NCBI RefSeq assembly: GCF_006345805.1
Contig: NC_042997.1
Location: 203,422,001 to 203,486,000 of the forward strand
Source: Octopus sinensis
Lineage: Eukaryota
Direction: 5' to 3'
DNA length: 64,000 nt
Position numbers and translations under genes: made by a program. Within the stretch, counting starts at the first letter, position 1. Every line of letters starts with the position of its first letter. The notes under the pieces were generated by a model, which searched no databases, was not told the origin of the DNA, and was given only the letters and a program-made list of their open reading frames with translations. Shown here piece by piece: positions 11,958 to 23,988 of this stretch.

Positions 11958-12500
11958 TCATCATCATCATCATAATCATCATCGTTTAACATCTGTTTTC
12001 CATGCTGGCATGGGTTGGAGGGTTTGACTGGGGACTGGCAAGCCAAGAGGCTGCACCAGGCTCCAATCTGATCTGGCAAGGTTTCTACAGCTAGATGCCC
12101 TTCCTAATGACAATCACTCCAAGAGTGTTGTAGGTGCTTTTTACATGTCACTGGTACAGGAGCCAGTCAGGTGATATTGACATCAGGCAAATTCGGATGG
12201 TGCTTTTTATGTGCCACCAGCACAAGAGCCAGTCAGGGTGGGGTGCGTTGGCATCAACCACATTCGAATTGTGCATTTTATGTGTCACTGGCACAGGGAG
12301 ACAGTCAGGTGGCACTTGCAATGACCCACGGATGCATGGTGTTTATTGCATGCTACCAGCACGGGAGCCAGTCAGGCACCATTAGCATCAGCCACAACTA
12401 CAATTTCCATTTGATTTATGATTAGATTTAATTTGATTTTGATTTTACTTGACTCAATAGGTCTCCTCAAACACGGCATGTCACCCATCGATTCAAAGGT
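11958..12500 (-). mobile_element. 3' UTR fragment of the high-copy RTE-clade LINE with (ATG)n tail
   Basis: Same module as 58395-59440: GAGTGGTTGGC-TTAGGAAGGGCATCCAGC...GTTAAACGATGATG preceded by diverged ~60-bp units. Further short copies at ~10630-11000, 13470-13625, 37610-37730, 40200-40390, 46985-47140, 51440-51655, 52925-53280, 56155-56300, 56640-56760, 60374-60480, 60625-60715, 60900-61020, 61490-61670 and 63470-63755. Confidence 0.8.
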
Positions 12501-12840
12501 ACTTTTTAAATCAGCGGTCAACATGCCGTGCTTGAGGAGACCTATTGAGTCGTGTGTGTGTGCGTCCGTGCGTGCTTGCATGCGTGTGTGTGTAAAAACC
12601 ACTGTTATGTAATTCAAACAATGATAGATGTAAATAATAACATATAGAGAAATAAAATATATGATAAAACAGTATTACATAATTAGTACGAATTATATAC
12701 TGTTTATTTATTATTATGTACTTTATTGTGATCTAGGTAAATGTTTTATCATATATTTTATTTTTTCTATATGTTATGATTTACGTCTATCATTGTTTGA
12801 ATTACATAATTATGGTTTTTCTTTAATTTATATATATATA

Positions 12841-13372
12841 TCACTTTGATCACTTTGACCGACCAGTCCGTCAGGCGTCCATTTGACACCGCTGGTCACA
12901 GCACGCTGTCCACTCCTCTCTGGATCGCGCCTTTCTCATCCATGTGATCCCAATCATCCTCTTGAAATCGTCACTCCACCGTCATGGAGGTCTTCCGGGT
13001 GGTCTTTTCCGCTCACGCGGGTACCACTCGACAACTGCGTGCATCCACCGATTATCGGTGAGTCAGGCGATGTGTCCAGCCCATCTATACTTGCTGCGAG
13101 TATACTCTGCGATGACATCTCTCACGCCGGACTTCTTTCTGATGATGTTGCTATTTATGTGCTCTCTCAACGAGATACCAAGCATTGACCTTTCCATGGC
13201 TCTTTGAGCCGTTATCAGTCTTTGCTCTTCTCTCTTTGTGGTAGCCCATGTTTCACTACCATATAACATTGCAGGCAGAACTGCACTGTTAATGAGGTTG
13301 GTGTGGGTGGTCCTGTCCAACCTTCCCTTGAGCACATCCCTTATGCCATTTAACGCCTTCCATCCGGCCCTT
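12841..13372 (-). mobile_element. 5'-truncated RTE-clade LINE (RTE-1-like, second family) inserted in (TA)n
   Basis: The minus-strand ORF contains VLPAMLYGSETW, QRAMERSMLGISLREHI and KYRWAGHIA, then RWMHAVVEWYPRERKRPPGRPP. Tail TCAAAGTGATCAAAGTGA; TA tracts on both sides. Confidence 0.92.
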
Positions 13373-13849
13373 ATATATATTGTGAAATTTGATTTAAATA
13401 CCAATATATATATATATATATATATATTTGTGTGTGTATGTGTGTAAAGCACCTAAAACACTCTATAAAGTGACTGGCATTAGGAAGGGCATCCAGGTAT
13501 AGAAACCATGCCAAAGTAGACAGTAGAGTTTGGCACACTCTTCTGATTTGCTGGCTTCTGTTAAACCATCCAACTTATGCCAGCAAGGAAAATGGACATT
13601 ATATGATGACAATAATGATGATGTTGTGTGTGCATGTGTGTGTACACACACACACACACATGTATGTTACTTTAGTCAGTAATATAACCAGCAACTTCAG
13701 ATCTTTATAGCAATGTAAGAAAACAAGTAAACAGGAAGAGAACTACTTTAAAGTAGATTTTTTTTTTCTTTAGTACTTGCTGGAGGCTGAAATTAGATCT
13801 ATGCAGGATCTTGGTTTTAGATAACATTAAATCTGTTATTTATTAAATG

Positions 13850-14340
13850 ATTATATCATCGTCATTGTCATCATCATCATCATCATTATCGTCATTGTTT
13901 TCATCATCCTTAGCATCATCATAATTGTCAACGTCATAATTGATGTTATCATCATCATCATCATCATCTCCGATGTTTTCATTATCATTATTTTCTCCAT
14001 TGTCATCGTCATCATTGTTATCATCATCATCATTATCTTCATCACCATCGTCGTCGTCATCATTGTTATCATTATCATCATCATCATTATTGCTTTCATT
14101 GTCATCATCACTCTCAACATTAGCATCAAAATATGCTTCATCAATACTCTTGCTGTCACCACCAGCACCACCATATTCTTAAGACTATTTCCAACAGCAG
14201 AAACATGATTCCACAGATACATCAATCCACTTCAAGCACCACCAATGCCGCAAGACTGTCAATCCCCTAAACTCACTACTCATACCAATCACCAACAACA
14301 GCACCAGAATGACAACGATGATGATGATGATGATGTATGT
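13850..14340. repeat. Degenerate (ATC/GTC)n trinucleotide tract
   Basis: Low-complexity sequence seen directly; the source of the poly-Met/Ser ORFs. Confidence 0.9.
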
Positions 14341-14890
14341 GTGTGTGCATGCATGCCTGCTCGTGTGTGTGTGTGTGCACATGCACATCAATGTTAAATT
14401 TTACGTTTTCTGAGCAAAAATGGTGTCATCTGAACTGTACGTCTTGCAGCTCTCTGCTACGTCATATGGAATTTAAAATTCTTTGAGTGCACAGTGTTCT
14501 TAATGGTCAATGATGGTCTTCCTGTCACTAGTGGACCATTATCATGTATATATATGAAAGTGTGTATTTACACATACATACATACATACATACATACATA
14601 CATACATACAGACTGATATTTATATATATATATATACACACACACAACAATAATGATGATGATGACAATGATGATAATAATGACCACATGGTGGTATTAA
14701 ACTGGATATTTCTGGACCAATTTGTCATCAAAACAACCATCCCCAAAACCATTTGTTCTTTGTTTTCTTCAATAAACAGCTGACATTTGTTTACACAGAC
14801 TACAATCAATAGACAACTGGCCCTTTTGAACAAAGATGTCAGTCAAACTGCTTGAAAAACATCCTTTCTCAAAACTCAATTATATTTTGT

Positions 14891-15113
14891 TTAACCCTTT
14901 AGCATTCAGATTACTCTGTCAAATGTGATGCATATTTATTCACCTTGTTTTGAATTAATCATACATTATCTTGTCACTTTAAAACTTCAATGATGTTATT
15001 GTTTATTTTTAGAATTGTTTGGTGGGTGTGAGAAACTGGATCTGACTGATTTCAATATAAAACAGCTTGAATATTTGGACAAGTTATGGTCAGTTCAAAT
15101 GCTAAATGGTTAA
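14891..15113. mobile_element. piggyBac-like MITE
   Basis: TTAA-CCCTTTAGCATT ... AATGCTAAATGG-TTAA, with TTAA at both ends. Isolated ends of the same family occur at ~25648-25669 (AATGCTAAAGGGTTAA) and ~53905 (AACCCTTTAGCATT). Confidence 0.75.
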
Positions 15114-16511
15114 ATATTCTTTATCCAACCCCACAAATGCAAGTAAACAAATTCAGTTAAAATATATGTATCCCTGACATTTATTCACAAACAGCTGACA
15201 TCTCTCACAAGTATAAGAGAAAGCAGATTGCTAGTCAGTACTGATACTGCTTCCATTACTAATAACTAATTTTTACCCTGCCTGCCAAATGTTTGCAACA
15301 CCAGTGATTGATTTGTCCCTGTTTTCTATATCAGTAGAAGTGAAGTTTAGTTAGCATGCAGTGTTAGTGGATACCTGCTTCTGATGCCATGCAAACTTGC
15401 AGAAGTCACATGATCAAATAGTTCCACCACAGGTGCTGGACATTTTGCATCTGATACTGATACTTACAACATGTGTATATAAGATACTTTCTCAGGACAA
15501 ATACTACAGTACCTCTATGTTAAGTAGGATACATAGATTGCTATTTGGTACCGATATTGCTTCCATCACAGATAACATATATATATATATATATATGCAC
15601 ACACACACACACACAGACACATGCACGCACACACACACAGCAGGCTTCCATACAGTTTTCATTTACAAAATTTGACTCTCAGGTTGTTTTTTAAATTCTT
15701 CAACTAGTGTCAGCTTGAAAGCTGCAGTCATACCAGGGCACCACCATTTCATATATATATTTTTATTATAATTATATTTTACTTTTCGAAGTCAGAGAAT
15801 ATAACAATACCTCAAGCATAGCATATCTTCTTAGTCATGACTAAAGTATTTTAATCTCATCAGACTAAATTTTTCAACAATGGTGAACTAATTAATCATT
15901 GTTCTTTCTTGTTTATCTTTTCTTTTTCCATTTCAGTTTTTAACTTAGATTTTATATTCAGTTTGTAAAGTAAGGAAAATTGATTATTAAATATATCTCA
16001 TTTTAGATGATAGATAGTTTTTAGAGATTAGATATGAATGCTTTTTAAAATTTTGTTACACCAAATAGTGAAAAATATGTAAAATGTAAAGTGAGAAGCT
16101 ATGCACATGTTTTATGAAGTTATTTATTTGTTATTAGTGAAGAGTTACACTTGACAAATAAATGAGATTTTAATTTTCTGGACACATGTATCATAAGCAC
16201 ATATCCAAATTAAGAGAATATAGAATAGATGCAAGTCAAGAGTTTGCTTTGCAACCATACACTATTGGGTTCAATACCACTGCGTGACACCTACACCATA
16301 TCTCTGTATGTTTGTGTATGTGTGTGTGTGTGCATGTATGGGTATGCATGCACACACATGCAATAGGCCTCTTTCATTTTCTATCTATGAAATCCACTCA
16401 CAAGGTTCTGTCAAATGTAAGCATAACAGACTGGATATTGTTGTTTAGGACAATGGGGCGAAGGTATGTACCATCATTGAGGTCAGCTGCCCTGCAGATA
16501 TAAATATCTCT

Positions 16512-16869
16512 TTGAAAATCAAAGAAAAAGAGGATATCTATGGACAACTGCTTCGAAACCTCCAGTTTCTATATCTAGACTATGAATTCATATTCATACC
16601 AATAATAATTGGAGCACTAGATTTTGTTAATAAATGCTTAAAGGATAATCTGGATAAACTGGGATTTCCAGAAAGAGAAATTGACTGGCTGATTCGTACA
16701 TTACAAGTTCAATCTGTGAATGGAACAGTAAAACTATGCAGGACTTTTCTCAAGTTCCAAACATGAATTTGTCTGTATTAACTACATACCAAAGATGGAG
16801 CCTTGTATTTTTGTTGGAAACCAGCTCCCTCCTCAGTGGAAGATTTATAATAATTAAAAAATAGAAGAG

Positions 16870-16870
<1 letters not shown>
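16512..16870 (+). mobile_element. 3' fragment of an RLE-type non-LTR retrotransposon (family shared with 26685-27400)
   Basis: KEDIYGQLLRNLQFLYLDYEFIFIPIIIGAL...LQVQSVNGTVKLCRTFLKF, followed by a 3' UTR and (CATA)n. Confidence 0.8.
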
Positions 16871-16902
<32 letters not shown>

Positions 16903-16910
16903 CATACATA

Positions 16911-17584
16911 CATGATGGCTGCCCCCTCATTGTCGAGTATGGTCATTGCACGAGGCTTAACTGTTATTGGTGCTGTGATTGAATGTGAATTTTATTTGCT
17001 TTTTAAGGCTACAGCCAGCCATTCAGTTGATACTCACAGCACCGTCAACAATCATAAACAATGTTGTTATCGTGCAATGCCTGTGCAGGAAGATTTTTTT
17101 TAAAGTGAGGAAAGGTTGTGCACTGAGTCAATCCCACTCACTAAGCAACAGCAGCCATAATCCGAAAAGAAGAATAAGTCAACATCATCAGTAATCACTG
17201 AGCTGCAGGTTTTATGTCAGAGTTATCCCAGTTACCTGAGTTACCTTCTCCTAGAAGGATGCCCTAACAAAGGCTAGGAGTCTTTCACTCCCAATGGTTT
17301 AACCGCACGATTGGGTATTCAGTCCGATTATTTCTATGTCCCCACGCATGACACAGCCTTAAGCCTTAAGAAGAAAAAAATTACACATTTATTGGATGGC
17401 CGTTGACTTCCAAGAGTTCCTCCGCCCTTTGACGGGTTTTGTTTTTCATCCTGCAGGGTGTCCAATAAACACCCTCCTCACCAAGAAAGCTTGGTGGGGT
17501 TGCCGGTTTAGTCGCCGACGGCCCGACCATGCGACAGGTTGTACTGGGTTACATGTTACCAGTAGCACTCAAAAGTGACCTGAC
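16911..17584 (-). mobile_element. Putative internally deleted, bipartite (5' end plus 3' end) RTE-derived non-autonomous element
   Basis: GC-rich, hairpin-rich 5' part with GGACACCCTGCAGGATGAAAAACAAAACCCGTCAAAGGGCGGAGG and CTAGGAGAAGGTAACTC, which I recall from RTE 5' UTRs. No ORF. The 3' end is followed by (TATG)n, and (CATA)n lies on both flanks. Confidence 0.45.
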
Positions 17585-19189
17585 ATAAACATACATACAT
17601 ACATATATATAGTATATAATACATATATAAAAATGAAGATATTGGTATCACATTTAGTACATGGCAACAAATTTTTCATTAACAGATGAGTTAGATAAAT
17701 AATTTAACATGTTGGAATCAATATAAAGAACGATACCTAATTTCATGTGGTATTTAATGTAACCCAGTTTTTTTCCATTTCGTTATGACCTTGCATAAGA
17801 TGCAATATGCTTGCATGATCATGAATTCTCTTATAGATACAATAAGTGGATGTGGCATAGAGTGTCATAGCAAACAATCATTTTGACATGCCTATAGATA
17901 GATACAGAGTTAGCTGATCAAAGGATGGGCAATCTTGTATACCACTAGGTAAATTAGTTGAGGTGCATAGACAAAAGATATATAATGCAGAAGGCTGTCA
18001 GAGCAAAAAAGGACAGCACTTAAATTATGGGTGAAGTAAACACAATGATGTCCACAAAAAATCATTAGTTAAGTGGAATAGGTATGTCAGAAGTAACATC
18101 AGAGAAAGTAAGATGATTAGAAGAAAGTGTAAGAAAATGAGAAGGAGAAAAGGAGATAGAGAAAACTCCAAGAAGAGCATCATGAAGGATGGAAAGATAG
18201 GAATAGAAATAGAAAGATATAATTAAATATTATTAAAAGAGATGATTAATTTTGTATTTAATAAAGTAGAACAGCTAGTCAAATCATAGACAAAATATCA
18301 TAATACACTAACATAGTATAAAAAATAATAATATTAATGATAAAAAATAACTATTATTATATTAAATGGAACTAGTAGATAGTTATATAAGAAAATGAAA
18401 AATTGTTGTGGGAACTGATAAGGTAATTAAGAACAAGAAGAATAAATGAATCATAATGAACAATTAGAGTTCTAGAGAGTAAGGATAAAATGGTTATGAG
18501 AATAAGTATGGAAAGAAATCTAAGAATGATTGCAACAGTGAGAAATGAAGTGCAATGACAAAAAGTGCCTATGTAGTTTTATAATATTATAGAATAAAAT
18601 ACATAAGTTTGGTAAATGGAATCTTCAAAAAACGGTTTTACTAATCTGGTGTGTGTAATGTATTAACAACTCATTACCTTCATTAATTAATAAAGATTTA
18701 CATCTTAGACTTTCAAGTGCCTCCATGTAACATAAATTACAATTACCCAGCCTCCTTTATATGGAGGCAAATCTGACTTGATAGCATATACCATACTTTC
18801 ACTAACTGTTATAGAAATTTATGTAGACACAAGCAGACATAGACACATAGTCAGCCCTCCCAGCAGAACATCAACGATGTGACAACTGGAGGGAGAGAGG
18901 ACTGCACCAGCCTAGTACATATTTTCAACATGAAATGAGATGCCTTGCTCAAGGACTCAATGTGCCTGGTTCAGGAATCAAACCCATGGTCTTATGATCC
19001 CAAACCAGACACCTTAATCATTAGCTCACAAACCATCCCTAAAAAAACAAACATAACTCAGTAATTAACACTTCTTCGTATGCATCTTGATATTTCACCA
19101 TTACCTGGGCCTTGGGTGCATTTAGTTTTGGGGGTCCAATCTGCTGGTAGCATTTGGGCAAAGATCTTGGTTTGTACCTATTTAACCTT

Positions 19190-19390
19190 ACCCTCTCCTC
19201 CTCCTTCCCCTCTCGGGGAGAGGTGAGGAGGGGGAGGGGAGAGGAGGGGCGGGGAGAAGGGGATGTGGTGGAGGTGGAGGAGGAGGAGGAGGAGGAGGGA
19301 AAGAGAAGGAGAAATAGGAGAGGGAGGAAGAGGAGGAGGAGGAGAGGAGGAGGAGGAGGTGGAGAAGGGGAGGGGAGATGAAGAAGAAGA
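19190..19390. repeat. Purine-rich (GGA/GAG)n tract
   Basis: Seen directly. Confidence 0.9.
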
Positions 19391-20149
19391 CGATGATTTT
19401 GCCCTTGTTGGTAGCCTAAATATAAAGTACATTTTTTTTCTTTCCTCTCTAGGCAAAAATGCAATAAGTTGCAGCTGCTGCTCTCTGACTAATGTTTCAA
19501 ACCCCATTAGGCACCAGAAATGGTTCTTCAAATAGGTTTTGGTAATAAGTGTGTCCGCACTAACAGGACATAAAAAATGTCAGTCTGGCTTGATCTGTTT
19601 CATGGAATATTCTACTACCATTCCAATAAACACTCATACAGACACGCACACAGATATGTGTGCATGCATGTGCGTGTGTGTGTGTGTGTGTGGTTATGCA
19701 CAGAAGTCAAGACATTCATATATACATAAACCATAGTTAAGACACACAACATGCATAATGATATACACATGTTCACACACACACATTCTTACATGTACTG
19801 ATGTTGTGATACACATATACACTCACAAAAGCATAGTTAAACACACATATATAAACACATTCACATATACATATACTAGAGCACAGAAGCCAAGAGACTT
19901 ACATACACACACATATATAAATACATAGCTACACACACTTACAACACACTTAGACATACAGACATATACAAACATATACAAACATATACGTGCACACTAA
20001 CAAATGAATAAATAAAAAGAAGATGGAAATAAAAATTGAAACAGAACTGATAACATTTGGTTGCAACATTGAAATTTATGGCTGATCTTACAAGATCAAC
20101 ACAGCACACACACACGCAAACACTTTCTCTCTCACTCCCCCTCTATTTC

Positions 20150-20216
20150 CTTATATATATATACACACACACACACATATATGTATATATATGTGTATGT
20201 ATATATGTATATGTAT

Positions 20217-20252
<36 letters not shown>

Positions 20253-20309
20253 GTATATATATATATATATGTATATATGTGTATATATATATATATATGT
20301 ATATATGTG

Positions 20310-20346
<37 letters not shown>

Positions 20347-20575
20347 GTGTATATATATATATATATATATGTGTGTATATATATAAATATATATATATGT
20401 AATATATATATGTGTATATATATATATGTGTATATATATATATATGTGTTATATATATATATATGTGTATATATATATATGTGTATATAATATATATATA
20501 TAACATATATATATATTAATATATGTGTATAATATATATGTGTAATATATATATGTGTGTATATATATATACATA

Positions 20576-20612
<37 letters not shown>

Positions 20613-20701
20613 GTGTGTATATATATATATAATATATATATATATATATAACATATATGTGTATATTATATATATATATATATATATAATACATATATAT
20701 A

Positions 20702-20749
<48 letters not shown>

Positions 20750-20795
20750 GTGTATATATTATGTGTATGTATATATATATATATATACATATACA
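20150..20795. repeat. ~640-bp (TA)n/(TATG) compound microsatellite
   Basis: Seen directly. Similar tracts at ~22385-22640, 23778-24010 and 61085-61222. Confidence 0.97.
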
Positions 20796-22388
20796 GCAGT
20801 AGGCCCCGATAGGTTCCCTGCTTGTGTCCTGAAGGTGTGTCGACACCAACTTGCATTCCCCTTGCTAATCTGTGGAGAAACTCACTGGATGCTGGCTATA
20901 TTCCAAAAAACCTTCTGTCCCAGTCTGTTGTCCAGTTTTCAAAAAGGGAAACAAGTCCCTTGCAGTGAATTACTGTCCGATCTCACTCACCTCTCATATC
21001 ATCAAGGTATTTGAAAGGGTGGTGAGATCTCGAATAACCCAATTTCTGGAAAGCAACAGACGGCTGATCTCCAACCAACATGGGTTCCGTAATGGAAGGG
21101 ACTGCCTAACGCAGCTCCTGCATCACTTTGAGGACATTTTGAGAGCTTTGGGAGAGGGCTCCAACACCGATGTCATCTACCTTGATTTCAGTAAGGCCTT
21201 CGACAGGGTCGATCACAAGATCCTATTGAAAAAACTATCCAACATTGGTGTCTCTGGAAAGTTACTGAAATGGATTAAGTGTTTCCTGACAGACAGATCT
21301 CAACATGTTGTAGTTGAAGGGGTAAAATCAAGCCCAGTAGTGGCGTTCCGCAAGGCACTGTGCTGGGCCCACTTCTTTTCATCATTTACATTAATGACAT
21401 TAATGACATCATCAAGCACAGCAACATAAAAATCTTTGCAGATGACTCCAAGCTACAGAAGGTCATAAATGAGGCGAGTGAACCGGACATGCCTTCAGTC
21501 AGATCTACTGGCTGTTATCCAATGGGCAGAAAAAAACAATATGCTGCTGAACGAGGATAAATTTGAGCTAATCCACTTTGGAAAAGAGGATGCCCTGAAA
21601 CTCCCATACTCCCTTCCTTCAGGTGAAACTCTCGCGGCGTCCAACAACATCAGAGACTTGGAGTAATTGTGGACAACAACGTAAGCTGGGCCACTCATAT
21701 AAACACCAAAGTTGACATGGCCCGCAGAATGTGTCCTGGATTCTCAGAACTTTCCAGTCGAGAGATATCCACACCATTATCCTTCTCTTCTCCACTTTTG
21801 CCCGACCCCACCTTGAATACTGTTGTCCACTGTGGTCTCCCCACACAATACAAGGTATCATAAAAGTTGAAGCACCTCAAAGGGCAATCACAAAAAAGAT
21901 AGATGGCATGACAGGCCTCGACTATGGGGTCGGCTAGAAAAGCTAAAACTCTATTCTCTCCAACGTCGTCGTGAGCGCTACATCATCTGCATGATGTGGA
22001 AAATATTCCATCAGCATTGCCCAAATGATGTTGGCATCACCTTTAAGGTACATCCAAGGCTTGGGCCCCGTGCCATCCGCCCAAAACAAAAATCGCACTC
22101 TCATCTCATAACAACAATACGGCACAATTATTTCACCTCAATTGGCCCCACCAAAACACATTAAAACAGAAACTGACCCCATAGGGTTCAAGAAGTCTTT
22201 GGACAGATTCCTTCAAGAAATCCCGGATAAACCCCCTACACCCGGATATGTCTCTGTAAACAATAACTCTCTACTTGAGTGGGCCATAGTGCCCAAATTC
22301 TGACTTGAAAGACTTCACCAGGTGGTGCTATTAAGTTAGACATGGCCTGGGCCAATAATGGCCGAAACCTATCAAAGTATCAAAGTAT
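20796..22388 (+). mobile_element. 5'-truncated CR1-like LINE with most of the RT domain, frameshifted
   Basis: NYCPISLTSHIIKVFE, NQHGFRNGRDCLTQL, YLDFSKAFDRVDH, LGPLLFIIYIND, IFADDSKL and RPHLEYCCPLWSP. Stop at 22301-22303; tail TATCAAAGTATCAAAGTA; TA tracts on both sides. Confidence 0.95.
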
Positions 22389-22403
22389 ATGTGTATATAT
22401 ATA

Positions 22404-22456
<53 letters not shown>

Positions 22457-22577
22457 TGTGTATATATATATATACATATATATATATGTGTGTGTATATA
22501 TATATATATACATATATATATGTGTGTGTATATATATATTATATACAAATGTGTGTATATATATATATATACATATA

Positions 22578-22610
<33 letters not shown>

Positions 22611-22683
22611 GTATATATATATATATATATATAGATATATATGTATGTATAAATCAAATCATATATCAGAAAGCAGGGGTAAG

Positions 22684-23616
22684 TGACCCATCTGTTCGTG
22701 TCCGCTGTCAGCCTCGTCTGGTACCCGTGCCGGTGATACGTAAAAGCACCATTCGCTCATGGCCGTTTGCCAGCTCTGCCTGGCCCCGTGTCGGTGGCAC
22801 GTAAAAGCACCATCCGTTCGTGTTCGTTGCCAGCCTCGCCTGGCCCCATGCCGGTGACACGTAAAAGCACCGTCCGTTTGTGGCCGTTGGCCAGCTCTGT
22901 CTGGCCCGTGTCGGTGGCACGTAAAAGCACCATCGTTCGTGGCCGTTTGCCAGCTCTGTCTGGCCCCGTGTCGGTGGCACGTAAAAGCACCATCCGTCCG
23001 TGTCCGTTGCCAGCCTCGGCTGGCCCCCGTGCCGGTGACACGTAAAAGCACCGTCCGCTCGTGGCCGTTTGCCAGCTCTGTCTGGCAACCGTGTCGGTGG
23101 CACGTAAAAGCACCATCTGTTCGCGTCCGTTGCCAGCCTCGGCTGGCCCCCGTGCCGGTGACACGTAAAAGCACCATCCGTTCCTGGCCGTTGGCCAGCT
23201 CTGTCTGGCCCCGTGTCGGTGGCACGTAAAAGCACCATCCGTCCATGTCCGTTGCCAGCCTCGGCTGGCCCCCGTGCCGGTGACACGTAAAAGCACCGTC
23301 CGCTCATGGCCGTTTGCCAGCTCTGTCTGGCAACCGTGTCGGTGGCACGTAAAAGCACCATCCGTTCGCGTCCGTTGCCAGCCTCGGCTGGCCCCCGTGC
23401 CGGTGACACGTAAAAGCACCGTCCGTTCGTGGCCGGTTGCCAGCTCTGTCTGGCCCCGTGTCGGTGGCACGTAAAAGCACCATCCGTTCGTGTCCGTTGG
23501 CAGCATCGCCTGGCCCCGTGCCGGTGACACGTAAAAGCACCATCCGTTCGTGGCCGTTCGTGGCCGTTCGCCAGCTCTGTCTGGCACCTGTGCAGGTGGC
23601 ACGTAAAAAACACCCA
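22684..23616 (+). repeat. CpG-rich minisatellite: 15 units of ~60-62 bp inside an RTE 3' UTR
   Basis: The core CACGTAAAAGCACC recurs at ~22741, 22801, 22861, 22921, 22981, 23041, 23101, 23163, 23223, 23285, 23347, 23408, 23468, 23528 and 23600. It continues directly into the GAGTGGTTGGCGTTAGGAAGGGC...GATGATGATG 3' end (to ~23778). Confidence 0.95.
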
Positions 23617-23899
23617 CTACACTCGCGGAGTGGTTGGCGTTAGGAAGGGCATCCAGCCGTAGAAACACTGCCAGATCTGATTGGGCCTGACGAAGCCTTC
23701 CAGCTTCACAGACCCCAGTTGACCCATCCAACCCATGCTAGCATGGAAAACGGACGCTAAACGATGATGATGATGATATATATATATATATGTATGTATA
23801 TATATACACACATATATATGTATGTATATATATACACATATATATATATACACACAATATATATATGTATGTATGTATGTAATATATATAACATATATA

Positions 23900-23988
<89 letters not shown>

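Noticed and set aside
15770-15875. Minus-strand CTGATGA...TTCGAAA near a TA tract
   Set aside because: Stem II has only 2 bp and no stem III or stem I can be formed; at most a very decayed remnant.
17190-17584. HDV-like ribozyme in the putative RTE 5' UTR
   Set aside because: No P3/L3 (UYCNCG) motif or nested double pseudoknot could be assigned by eye.
22344-22372. GGCC-AATAAT-GGCC-GAAAC at the CR1-like 3' end, resembling half a hammerhead
   Set aside because: No upstream CTGANGA and no stem I or III; more likely the ordinary LINE 3' stem-loop.
22684-23616. CRISPR-like appearance (constant core with intervening sequence)
   Set aside because: The intervening sequences are near-identical A/B variants rather than unique spacers; the context is eukaryotic with no cas genes.
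22659-23731. 195-324 aa minus-strand ORFs over the minisatellite
   Set aside because: They arise from a stop-poor tandem unit, shift frame with unit length and are antisense to the LINE.
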